Shown here in pieces: positions 1 to 8,727 of a stretch of 32,000 nt of DNA. Each line of letters begins with the position of its first letter. The stretch's first letter is position 1. The translations under genes and the position numbers were made by a program. Source of the DNA: an uncultured archaeon (lineage in GTDB: Archaea > Asgardarchaeota > Thorarchaeia > Thorarchaeales > Thorarchaeaceae); NCBI GenBank assembly GCA_964648855.1, contig CAZYLT010000017.1, forward strand, positions 1 through 32,000, read 5' to 3'. The notes beneath the pieces are model-generated. The model was not told the origin of the DNA and did no database searches. It worked only from the letters and a program-made list of their open reading frames with translations.

Positions 1-1
1 T

Positions 2-49
2 CATTTTGGCGCTAAGAAGGAGAAGATAGCCCTATACATGAAATACTGA
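2..49 (+). CDS. Probable 3' end of a gene entering from the left (…HFGAKKEKIALYMKY*)
   Basis: Open frame from the window edge to TGA at 47-49, followed by a hairpin (64-83) and a T-tract (92-97). Confidence 0.4.
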   Translation, partial: HFGAKKEKIALYMKY

Positions 50-63
50 ATTTCACAATAGCA

Positions 64-97
64 GGAGAGGTTTCATCCTCTCCCAAATTCCTTTTTT
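64..97 (+). terminator. Hairpin plus T-tract 3' element
   Basis: GGAGAGG (64-70), loop TTTCAT, CCTCTCC (77-83), then CCTTTTTT, lying between convergent genes. Confidence 0.5.
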
Positions 98-733
98 CTA
101 ACGATTATATTCAATGAATGTCAATTCATCCCATTCTTCTATCGAATCAAATATTTCATTCATGTTATGGCATAGTCGTTTGCCCAGCTCTATAGCAGTT
201 TGAGTTTGTAGCTTGCTCCTCATCAATGCCTGCAGTTTTTTCGATTGTCTTACCGCGGTCATAAAATCGATTTTCAAAGTTTCAACCCGATACACGACCT
301 CCCTTACTAAACCGAAAGGCCCCAATGTTTGCAATTTATCCGCATCAAAAACAACTTTCGCCTCTAGAGAGCATTGACCAGAGATTGATTCAGGCTCTAC
401 ACACCGTATGCATTCAAGTAGCGGTTTTCTCCACATTTCGTTGACGCCTATTGAGGTCAGAAATGCATTAACATCTTCATAGCCTTCTGGATGGTATTGA
501 TGGAGCAATGCTCCGAGTTTACAGGTTTGTACATCAGCACGTTCCTTATGAGCGATATAGGACGCGAGTTTCACTGTTCGTTCAGCATGATCTAAATCAT
601 GGGTATGATGAAGACTTTCAAATTTCGCCTGTCCAAAGCGTTCAATTTCTTCAATTTGCCTTGTTGTGAGTTCCACGATATCACTATCCCTGTACTGCCA
701 GATATCGAATTGTTCATTAGCATTGGTAAGCAA
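98..733 (-). CDS. HD-domain protein with a degenerate HD motif
   Basis: HDLDHAERT, GALLHQ in place of the usual AALLHD, and VVFDADKLQTLGPFG (the DADKLDxLG motif of HD phosphohydrolases). Confidence 0.75.
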   Translation of the reverse strand: MLTNANEQFDIWQYRDSDIVELTTRQIEEIERFGQAKFESLHHTHDLDHAERTVKLASYIAHKERADVQTCKLGALLHQYHPEGYEDVNAFLTSIGVNEMWRKPLLECIRCVEPESISGQCSLEAKVVFDADKLQTLGPFGLVREVVYRVETLKIDFMTAVRQSKKLQALMRSKLQTQTAIELGKRLCHNMNEIFDSIEEWDELTFIEYNR

Positions 734-796
734 TGTCCGCAGACTAGGATATACAAGATTACTTCAACCTTAATATATTTCTAATCTACGCTTTGA

Positions 797-1394
797 ATTA
801 ATGAAGAGGCACTATGGGCTTTCGATTGTCCGCATAAGTTCAGTATTGTACGGTTCATCTCACGGAATATCAAATTCCCTGACATGTGTCCTGTTTGTGG
901 CAAGCCCGCCATAAAAGAAGGTGTCATTTCTTCTACAGTCTTCAAGCTGGGTCAAGTGCCCTCAGAAAAACGTAAGTCAAATCATAAACATCTTCACGCC
1001 CGTAAGGCAGTCAACAAATGCAATATTCGATGTAGAATACGAGTATGTGAGGACCATTACTATTCGAGTAATAACAGTGGGAGAACGAAATCACTTCTGT
1101 TATTGATTCTTGGCGTTTCTGCTAATGTCTACTAGGCTTGCATTCAAGCTCATGGATGGGGCCCGTGTTAGTAGTTCGTGAATCATATTGTGGATATCTA
1201 TGTTCGTTTCAGTCTTGCTCGTCTGGCATCGCCTAGGTGGTCATGAATTGACTAAAGCTATATCCATATCTGAAAAGAGCGTAGCAGATACATATCGGCA
1301 GATTCGTGTTAAGCTCGATTGGTACCGAGATGAGCTTCTTATGGTCAATCAAATGAATGCAGAGGGTCCACGGCATGGACAGAGGGATGAATGA
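797..1394 (+). pseudogene. Disrupted zinc-finger (CPVCG…CEDH) membrane protein gene
   Basis: One frame reads IKFPDMCPVCGKPA…IRVCEDHYY…LLLLILG. Hydrophobic sequence continues in another frame after ~1105 (FLAFLLMS…SSS*IILWISMFVSVLLVW…), with an in-frame TGA at 1179-1181. Confidence 0.5.
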
Positions 1395-1406
1395 TGATAA
1401 AAACAA

Positions 1407-2345
1407 GTGACCCCAGAAAGAATTTTTAATTCTCACATAACGAAGATATTGGGACCTCACGTGCGAATTAGCAGAGCCAACTCCGCCTACGTATTTGATA
1501 GTGAGATACTCCTCTTTTTGTTAATATCATCGCTCGTAATCTTGGGATTACCCGCGCCCTTCTTTTCGTCACAATGGTATACTGTTTTTGGCTTACTTGC
1601 ATCCTTACTCATGGGTTGGATCTCCGTAATTGCAATCAGAGTACTTATTGAGTTATCTAAACAACGACTGAGGCCTGCTGATAGTCTCTTCTTTTCGATT
1701 GCAGTTAGCATTCTTCTTTCAGCTCTAGCTCTTTCAATTGCTACGGTTTCAGGTATTGCCAATATGCAGGTGTTATCAATTATATCTTGGATAAGCGTTC
1801 AATCCGCATCAGTCGCAGTGTTGTTCATTGCCCTATTTAGATACACACAGGCTTTTCAGAAGCGATTAGGCGAGTCTCCACAAGATGGACAACCCAACAA
1901 AGGATTGCCGATTATCCTGTTTTCAGCTTTCATATTCACATCCTACCTTACTACATTCCTTATTGGAAACTCTATTGGAGTTGTCATTGGACTAGCGGCT
2001 ATTCTAATACTGCGCATTCCATCTGTCATCCTGTCTGCAAGACTACTCAAATTGAGTAACTCGGTCAAAATGAAGAGTATGATTAGTCTTCTTATTCTTG
2101 GAATCGCTCTTGAAGCTGTAGCCGATTTCTTCTTTGCTGTTTCAATCATGGATACAGTGCCATTTGTTGCAGTCTGGAGTATTTCTACGTATATACTAGG
2201 TTTCTTTTTCTTGCTGGTTTCATGTGTGTCATTCGTAAGATGGAGATCTTCGCCTGGTGGGATGGTGAGGTTGCTCCAAAATGTAATGGAAATCATAGGT
2301 TCGGGAGTTATGGAACTTGCAAGAAAGAGACGAGGCAGAAGATGA
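1407..2345 (+). CDS. Polytopic membrane protein (7-8 TM helices), possible sensor domain
   Basis: 312-aa ORF with about 8 hydrophobic segments and a short basic C-terminal tail. Confidence 0.7.
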   Translation: MTPERIFNSHITKILGPHVRISRANSAYVFDSEILLFLLISSLVILGLPAPFFSSQWYTVFGLLASLLMGWISVIAIRVLIELSKQRLRPADSLFFSIAVSILLSALALSIATVSGIANMQVLSIISWISVQSASVAVLFIALFRYTQAFQKRLGESPQDGQPNKGLPIILFSAFIFTSYLTTFLIGNSIGVVIGLAAILILRIPSVILSARLLKLSNSVKMKSMISLLILGIALEAVADFFFAVSIMDTVPFVAVWSISTYILGFFFLLVSCVSFVRWRSSPGGMVRLLQNVMEIIGSGVMELARKRRGRR

Positions 2346-3618
2346 ATTGAGTTTGCTCAGTAGAACGGACCACCCTAATGGAATGAAAACGACATTTGAA
2401 GATTATACAAGAATGTCAAATGTAAAAGTGCTATTTTTATTCAATGAGCTAACTGGAATGGCACCTTATACACATCAATTCAGCCGGGAGGGGATAGATT
2501 CTCAAATCCTTTCAGGCTTTGTCTCGGCAATGTCCAGTTTCATGGGAGAACTCACAGGTGAAGAGCTTTCTCAATGGAAGACAGTGTACGGATCAAATCA
2601 GACGCTGATTGTTGAACTGGGTGAATGGATGGTTGGAGTACTTGCTGTATCAAGAGAAACGATTGAATATCGTAGTAAACTACGCAGGATCATACGCGAA
2701 TATGAAACTACATTCCAGTTTCTGAAGGAAGCCGATGGTGTCGAGGGAAGCATATTTGATGAGTTTGATCATTACGTGAGAAGGGTCTTCGTCAATCATA
2801 GAATTTCAAAAAGGACCACAATAATGAAGGCGCATAACTGGAGAGAACGCTTACACTCATTCGAATTACCAAGTGAAGCATTTAGGGTTGCAAAGCTTCT
2901 TCATTCTGCAAGAAACGGAGAAAGCATGGGCGAATTGGCAAAACGCATTGATTTGCCTTACGAGGATATCCGGCATACCATTTCACTTGCTGCTTGGCAG
3001 AATATCATCGCCCTGCTGTACGTCCCTTCTAATGAAGATATTCTATCCGTCACTGAAGGTTCAACTAGCGTTCTCTTTGCTCACGAAAACCCTCTTCATA
3101 TATTGAATTCCACGCTAAGAGTAGTAACACTATTAGATGGACGAATTCCTCTGAGCAAACTGCTCTACTCATTACCTTCTGCCGAAAAGGAAAAAACACT
3201 ATATGACTTGGGTAAACTAGTTAACCTTGGTTACCTTGAAAACATATCTCCCGAGCGCACACTCGTTCTGATTAGTGAATGCATTCTAACAAATCTGATT
3301 GCCTCCTGTGCAGATATTGTTGGGCAAAAACAAGCAAGAGAATACTTGTCTAATGCAATAAAAGACGCAATAGGCAATCATCCTTGGGCGGGAAGGATAA
3401 GGGTAAAGAATGATTTTCATGCGTATTGCGCGTTGGAAGAAACGATTACGCCTAGTGATTTGGACAGTATTTATGCTGCCATTCAAAAAGTCAATGAACT
3501 CATTCTTAGCCAGTTAGCAGATGAAATTGCGCTTGACAAGGCCAAGCAGATTGATGAACATGTTCGTTCTCAGTGTCATGACAAGCTTGCTCACTATATT
3601 GAAGACGTGGTCCTATAG
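2317..3618 (+). CDS. Longin-like domain plus winged-helix protein (NPRL2-like architecture); true start may be ATG 2382 or 2412
   Basis: N-terminal VLFLFNELTGMAPY…IDSQILSGFVSAMSSFMGEL pattern typical of Asgard longin domains, followed by two HTH-like segments (ARNGESMGELAKRIDLPYEDIRHTI; LLDGRIPLSKL…LGKLVNLGYL). Confidence 0.65.
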   Translation: MQERDEAEDELSLLSRTDHPNGMKTTFEDYTRMSNVKVLFLFNELTGMAPYTHQFSREGIDSQILSGFVSAMSSFMGELTGEELSQWKTVYGSNQTLIVELGEWMVGVLAVSRETIEYRSKLRRIIREYETTFQFLKEADGVEGSIFDEFDHYVRRVFVNHRISKRTTIMKAHNWRERLHSFELPSEAFRVAKLLHSARNGESMGELAKRIDLPYEDIRHTISLAAWQNIIALLYVPSNEDILSVTEGSTSVLFAHENPLHILNSTLRVVTLLDGRIPLSKLLYSLPSAEKEKTLYDLGKLVNLGYLENISPERTLVLISECILTNLIASCADIVGQKQAREYLSNAIKDAIGNHPWAGRIRVKNDFHAYCALEETITPSDLDSIYAAIQKVNELILSQLADEIALDKAKQIDEHVRSQCHDKLAHYIEDVVL

Positions 3619-3681
3619 AACCATGCTGGTGAGAAGGAGTAGTAATCAAGTATTTAATGTAGAATCACTAGTATTTATTGA

Positions 3682-5277
3682 GTGGTTGCAATGGTTCGAG
3701 AGTTGTCTATTGATTTTCTTCATAAAAGGAAAGGACGTATGGATGAATCTCTGGCAAAAGAGATTGAATACTCGATCGCCTTTGCGCTAGGACATTCTAA
3801 GGGCATAGAGGGAGCATCTCTATCCGGAATAAGCAGGATTGGTGTACCGTACTGGATTGTCCAAGTATCAAACAAAGATTCCATTGTTCTCTCTCCATTT
3901 CATAACGGAGGTAAAGAATTTCATCTGACAAAGGTTTCAGGCTTAAATGAAGTCATTCGAAGACTTAGATCAGATATTGACGAACCTGAAGATATTCTGA
4001 AAGTTGTACCTCAACTCATAGAGTATCTGAGACAGCTCGAACCTGAACCTCATCAGATAAGCTATATTGAGCCGCCCAATCCGTTCGGTTCGTTTAGTAA
4101 TCTTGTATCTGTATTAGACCCTAACAACTGCCCATCAACAATAAAACCGTTGGTTGACTCGCGAATTGCTCTTGACACAAGTGAGGAATATCAGACTCTG
4201 AAGGAATCAGCATCACTGAAAGTGAAGAAGCTACATGGCGTTCAAAAATTGATTGCAGAGAATGTTGGTTCCAAAATAAAGACCCTTAAGAATATGATCG
4301 AAACAGAAAAGCGGCGGTGGGATAAGCGTATTGCTGACATGACCTCCTCAAATAAAGAAGAAAAGGAGAACATAGAAGAAACACGCGACAGAAAGCTGTA
4401 CGAGCTAGAAGAAAAGCACACGATGGGGCTTCGGGCTATAGTTTCTGATTTCTCCAGAAAGACAGATGATCTCAAGACGTTCTTTGAGAAGGAGATCGGA
4501 AAGATAGACCGCTCTAGGGTAGATATACAACAGGAGCCTTCCGATGTAAATAGGTCATTAAAAATTGTGGACAAGCTCAATTCTTCACTGCTTGAGGATG
4601 AGGCCGAGCTGGAACGCATTATTGGGGGCATTAAGGATGAAGCAAAGAGTGTAGAAACGAGATTTTCAGAGGCAGAAGCCACACATCAAGAAAAAGTAGA
4701 AGAGATACAAGAATCGGCCAGACTTCGTATGCAGAGCCTAGATGAGAAACTTGCATCTCTCAAGCAGGAGCGAGACAGCACAATTAGCGAGATGGAACGC
4801 CTCTTGGATGAAACGCGAAATCATTTGATGGAACTTGAACAAGAAGCTGAGAATGTCGTCATAAGACTGGAAAATGATTTGATGCAGGTTGAAGATTTCC
4901 ATTTTGAGAGCAGTTCAATCGAGAGTCTTGCACCTCTAACCAGATTAGACATCGTCTGCTATCTTGCGAAGTATGACAAGGGTGCGGATGTTCTTCTCAC
5001 TCCGTGTATCACTCCCGATGAAAGATTTGGTATGGTTTTGGAGCATAAGCCGGTTTCAGCAGAACTTCACAACTTGCTGTTGCAACATTTCAAAATCTGG
5101 GATAAAAAAAACAGGTCATTCGAAGTTGAACTAAACCAGGCTGCAGAAGATGGACAAGTATTGCGAGATTCTGGAGCGAGGTCAATGATTAGTGATGGTT
5201 TTGACCGACTGCAGCGTATGCAGCTTCTAGAAGAAGACGCAAAGGAAAATTATCTTGACCTACTAAATCAGCGATAA
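3682..5277 (+). CDS. Large coiled-coil protein of unknown function
   Basis: 531-aa ORF with a long E/K/R-rich heptad region (approx. aa 170-400) flanked by globular segments (GVPYWIVQV; LDIVCYLAKYD). Confidence 0.75.
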   Translation: MVAMVRELSIDFLHKRKGRMDESLAKEIEYSIAFALGHSKGIEGASLSGISRIGVPYWIVQVSNKDSIVLSPFHNGGKEFHLTKVSGLNEVIRRLRSDIDEPEDILKVVPQLIEYLRQLEPEPHQISYIEPPNPFGSFSNLVSVLDPNNCPSTIKPLVDSRIALDTSEEYQTLKESASLKVKKLHGVQKLIAENVGSKIKTLKNMIETEKRRWDKRIADMTSSNKEEKENIEETRDRKLYELEEKHTMGLRAIVSDFSRKTDDLKTFFEKEIGKIDRSRVDIQQEPSDVNRSLKIVDKLNSSLLEDEAELERIIGGIKDEAKSVETRFSEAEATHQEKVEEIQESARLRMQSLDEKLASLKQERDSTISEMERLLDETRNHLMELEQEAENVVIRLENDLMQVEDFHFESSSIESLAPLTRLDIVCYLAKYDKGADVLLTPCITPDERFGMVLEHKPVSAELHNLLLQHFKIWDKKNRSFEVELNQAAEDGQVLRDSGARSMISDGFDRLQRMQLLEEDAKENYLDLLNQR

Positions 5278-5290
5278 ACACACATTCACC

Positions 5291-5303
5291 AAGCTTTTTA
5301 TTG
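5291..5303 (+). promoter_or_regulatory. Putative TATA box for the rhodanese gene (likely leaderless ATG at 5326)
   Basis: AAGCTTTTTATT about 25-30 nt upstream of ATG 5326. Confidence 0.4.
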
Positions 5304-5325
5304 AATGAATTTATAATTGTTAAGT

Positions 5326-6204
5326 ATGAAAACTGATAGTGAACCATTCGGAGAAGGTAAATTGAAGTGGGTCACAACAGACTGGCTGGAAAAGAACCTA
5401 GATGATGTGTTCATTCTAGACGTTCAGCCAAACCCACATGATTATTTTAAGCAGCATATTCCTGGTGCCGTCTATTTATCGCCAAATATGGAGCGAGCAC
5501 CAAAAGAAGGAATGCCTGCTGTTTATTTGGAACCAGGTCAACTTGCAGAGCTTTTTGGCAGGGTCGGGCTTACCAATGATACCCCAGTAGTTGTCTACAC
5601 GCATAGGGGCGACTTCAAGAAATGGGGCGATGGACTTGAACAACCATTTATGGCTTACACACTCTTACGCTTTGGCGCAGATGAAGTCTATCTCTTGGAT
5701 GGGGGATTGGAGAAATGGATTGCTGAAGGCAAACCTCTCTCTCAGGAATTCCCGAAGATTATGCCCAAGAAATTCGAACCTAAAGATAGGACAGAGATGA
5801 TGATTGATACCCATGAGGTCATGGATATCAAGGACAATGATGATGTCATTTTGTTAGATGCACGACCTCCTCATCTCTACAGGGGCGACGATACACCTTG
5901 GATAAAAGATGGGCATATTCCAGGAGCAGTAAACCTGCCGTGGGCAAGCCTAATGGACCCAGATAACACAAGACATCTGAAGGATGTGGAAGAGATTAAG
6001 AAGCTGGCTAAGGATGCTGGAGCAACTCCTGACAAGCTGATTATTTGCAGCTGCGGAACAGGGCGAGAAGCCACCAATGAGTATACAATTTTCAAGCACC
6101 TATTGGGCTACGATAAGGTGAGGCTTTACGAAGGAAGCTTTACCCAGTGGTCCGCTGATCAAAACAATCCTGTAGCAAAGGGTGACAAACCTTACGAAAA
6201 ATAG
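5326..6204 (+). CDS. sseA: Tandem-domain rhodanese / sulfurtransferase
   Basis: WVTTDWL, HIPGAV twice, LDGGLEKW, LLDARP, catalytic loop CGTGREA, and LYEGSFTQW. Confidence 0.92.
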   Translation: MKTDSEPFGEGKLKWVTTDWLEKNLDDVFILDVQPNPHDYFKQHIPGAVYLSPNMERAPKEGMPAVYLEPGQLAELFGRVGLTNDTPVVVYTHRGDFKKWGDGLEQPFMAYTLLRFGADEVYLLDGGLEKWIAEGKPLSQEFPKIMPKKFEPKDRTEMMIDTHEVMDIKDNDDVILLDARPPHLYRGDDTPWIKDGHIPGAVNLPWASLMDPDNTRHLKDVEEIKKLAKDAGATPDKLIICSCGTGREATNEYTIFKHLLGYDKVRLYEGSFTQWSADQNNPVAKGDKPYEK

Positions 6205-6216
6205 GAAGCAAAATAG

Positions 6217-6270
6217 TGGGAGTGCAATTCAAATTCATCGATAAGCATTCCCAGAACTCTTCTCTTTTAG
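6217..6270 (+). terminator. Hairpin plus pyrimidine tract downstream of the rhodanese
   Basis: TGGGAGTGC (6217-6225) pairs with GCATTCCCA (6245-6253), followed by CTCTTCTCTTTT. Confidence 0.4.
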
Positions 6271-6408
6271 TGTAATATATAATCCAGTCAAATATCTTGG
6301 CGGGTTTAATTTGGGATGACTTGCAAGCTATCCTAGACATTTTGCCTTTTTGGAATAAAATGAAATACAAATCTCGAGTGGAGATGCTTTGGCAATGAGC
6401 CAGGATGG

Positions 6409-7152
6409 TCAAGCTTGCCCTGCTATTCGATTGAAATTGCGAAAAACTCGGTGATTGTTTGAAATGTCTAGGATTTCGGTGGTTATTTGATCTACATCAT
6501 GTCCAAGAGTAGAAATCAAAATACGATAGGTTCTAAGTAAACGCTTCATATGACTTAATGTAAATTCGGGATGAAATTGGACTCCATATGCGTAAGAGTT
6601 TGAAACCTCAAATGCTTGCACAAAATCATGGCCCATGTGTTGGTGAGATGAGATAACATCAAGATTCTTTGCCTTGATTTGATTGTAGTGGAAAGCATAT
6701 GCATCAAATTCTAAAGAGAACCCATCAAAGAGAGGATGCATTGCTTCCAGTCGAATTCTGCTTACACCTATTTCCGGATCATCTAGATACTTTACAATGC
6801 CTGGAGAATACGCCTCAGCAATTAGTTGCGCCCCAAAGCAGATGCCGAGCAATGGTGTCTTTGATTCATTCTTCGCATCACTATTACTCTGCAGTATATC
6901 AGATATCTGATTCTTTGCATCAATAATCCAACTGACGTTAGCTGTTACTTCAGTCATCCCGCCTGAGATAATGATTTGTTTTCCAGTTAATTCAGACAGA
7001 TTGCTGGCGTTATCAACGAGGCTAACAATCGTTGAAGATAGACCGTTTTTCTCAAGAGCCTTCTTTATGGGATATCCATATCCGTGGTATTCATCAATTA
7101 GACCATCAGCCTCCAAAATTATGACGTCTTTATCATCCCTTGACGCTTTCAT
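6409..7152 (-). CDS. Type 1 glutamine amidotransferase (GMP synthase GATase-like)
   Basis: IIISGG, nucleophile elbow LGICFGAQ, PEIG, and GVQFHPEF carrying the His and Glu of the catalytic triad. Confidence 0.9.
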   Translation of the reverse strand: MKASRDDKDVIILEADGLIDEYHGYGYPIKKALEKNGLSSTIVSLVDNASNLSELTGKQIIISGGMTEVTANVSWIIDAKNQISDILQSNSDAKNESKTPLLGICFGAQLIAEAYSPGIVKYLDDPEIGVSRIRLEAMHPLFDGFSLEFDAYAFHYNQIKAKNLDVISSHQHMGHDFVQAFEVSNSYAYGVQFHPEFTLSHMKRLLRTYRILISTLGHDVDQITTEILDISNNHRVFRNFNRIAGQA

Positions 7153-7154
7153 TC

Positions 7155-8525
7155 TTATCCCCTACTGGCTAAACGCAGATACAATACTATTGCGGCTGCA
7201 ACCGCAAATGTCGCGAAAACGATGATAGAAAGCTCAACTATGGGCGACAATGGTAATTGCGGAGTCAGAACATCAAGAAATATTGTAATCACTTCAATAA
7301 TGCCAACTATTGTAAAAAGCAAAGCAATAGTATTGAGCGACTCTTCTCTTTGTTCTTTTTGCCTTTGGTAGAGCTGGTCAAGCAAATCCTCTATTGCATC
7401 AAGGTCTGAATTCAAAGCATCAAGAAGGTTCTGAGTCAACCAACGCTCATGCAGCTCAGACAGAAGGCACCGTTTCTCAGTATCGAAGGTGATTTTTATT
7501 CCTCTATAGTCGGCAAGGATTCTATCTACACCATTCCTGAAGTCGCGAACTTCATTGATTGAATCCTGCAGGTCATTCAGAGCCATGTTTCTCTGTAGTC
7601 TGTTGAAAGCACTGATCGAGTATTTGACAATATCATTTAGAACATCTAGAAATTGCCATTGAGCTTGTGCAATCTCCACGAGTCTAACATACTCGTACGG
7701 TTGCCTTGCCGTTTGAGAATACCCATCAACGGAGCTTGAGCTAAAAATTATCGAATGCCCCCATCCGAAGTAGACATAGCGATTATCGTATATAGACAGG
7801 TCGCATATATCCATCTTTCTCGAAGGGGTAAGCAGGTTTCTGAACTCCTCACCTGGATTCTCCATGCTAAGCAGCCTTTCGTCATTGATGTGGTATATTC
7901 TATGTGTCCAAGGGATGAAATGCGTTGCTCTATCAACCTTAGATATGTCGGGAAGATGACAGAACCGATGATGTGGTATTTCCAGAGATTCTATTACAGA
8001 AATATACTGCTTTGTTAGCTCATAGCTGAGCTTCTCAAAATACTTCTTAAATAGCTCATTGACCTTTTCAGAGGTTTCTTCAAGTAACAAGACAGATATG
8101 CCACTATCCCTTTGTAGTAGAATTCTGGAGCTGCAGGTTCCAACACCACACTCCGAAAAATAGAAACACACTTCCAGAAACTTCGGAGCTGGAAATAGTT
8201 CCAATCCTTCAATTTCCGAAGAAAAGGGATAACAGCAAGCCCCTGACTCCTCGTGAATCAATCGAGCAACAATAAAGGAATTTTCTGTGCCAGGCGGCGA
8301 AAAGACACCTTTTGAGAGCTTAAAGTCCAGAGAATCTTCGACAGTCCAGCGTATTTCGAAGCTATCATAGCCATCCACATGCTTTGATTCATTCAACTCG
8401 TCCAGAACCGCTGTCTGTATCTTCGCCGTTCCGAGAAAGGAAATCTCATCCATATCGAGATAGACGAACGTATTGAAGGGCGCGAAGATGAATTCTTCAA
8501 TTTCTGTGAATAATAGGTCTGCCAG
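7155..8525 (-). CDS. CorA/DUF155-like membrane protein with 2 C-terminal TM helices; probable CTG start at 8525 (ORF track start 8453)
   Basis: Long amphipathic helices leading into LNTIALLFTIVGII and a second TM helix; no GMN motif. GGAGGT lies 6 nt before an in-frame CTG. Confidence 0.6.
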   Translation of the reverse strand: MADLLFTEIEEFIFAPFNTFVYLDMDEISFLGTAKIQTAVLDELNESKHVDGYDSFEIRWTVEDSLDFKLSKGVFSPPGTENSFIVARLIHEESGACCYPFSSEIEGLELFPAPKFLEVCFYFSECGVGTCSSRILLQRDSGISVLLLEETSEKVNELFKKYFEKLSYELTKQYISVIESLEIPHHRFCHLPDISKVDRATHFIPWTHRIYHINDERLLSMENPGEEFRNLLTPSRKMDICDLSIYDNRYVYFGWGHSIIFSSSSVDGYSQTARQPYEYVRLVEIAQAQWQFLDVLNDIVKYSISAFNRLQRNMALNDLQDSINEVRDFRNGVDRILADYRGIKITFDTEKRCLLSELHERWLTQNLLDALNSDLDAIEDLLDQLYQRQKEQREESLNTIALLFTIVGIIEVITIFLDVLTPQLPLSPIVELSIIVFATFAVAAAIVLYLRLASRG

Positions 8526-8669
8526 TGCGATACCTCCAAGAGATATATCACCTCTGAATGTTGCAAGGTGTTACTTGTAGATGCAAAGCGACTTCTTTGT
8601 CAAATTCAAGTATTGGAGGGAGATAGAAAACAGTATCTAGTGCAAATCATTGTGAGTAAATCTAAAGGA

Positions 8670-8684
8670 TTAAAAAAAAAGAAA
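8670..8684 (-). terminator. U-tract terminator after the proteasome chaperone gene
   Basis: TTTCTTTTTTTTT on the minus strand about 45 nt after the stop codon. Confidence 0.5.
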
Positions 8685-8727
8685 TGAAGTCACCAAGAAT
8701 GTGGCAGCATGCTGATTGCTCATCTAT

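Noticed and set aside
1179-1181. Selenocysteine recoding of the in-frame TGA
   Set aside because: No redox motif context, no recognisable SECIS, and other lesions in the same gene favour pseudogenisation.
3682-5277. SMC/Rad50 or ESCRT-III assignment
   Set aside because: No Walker A/B, signature or zinc-hook motif, and the size and layout do not fit Snf7.
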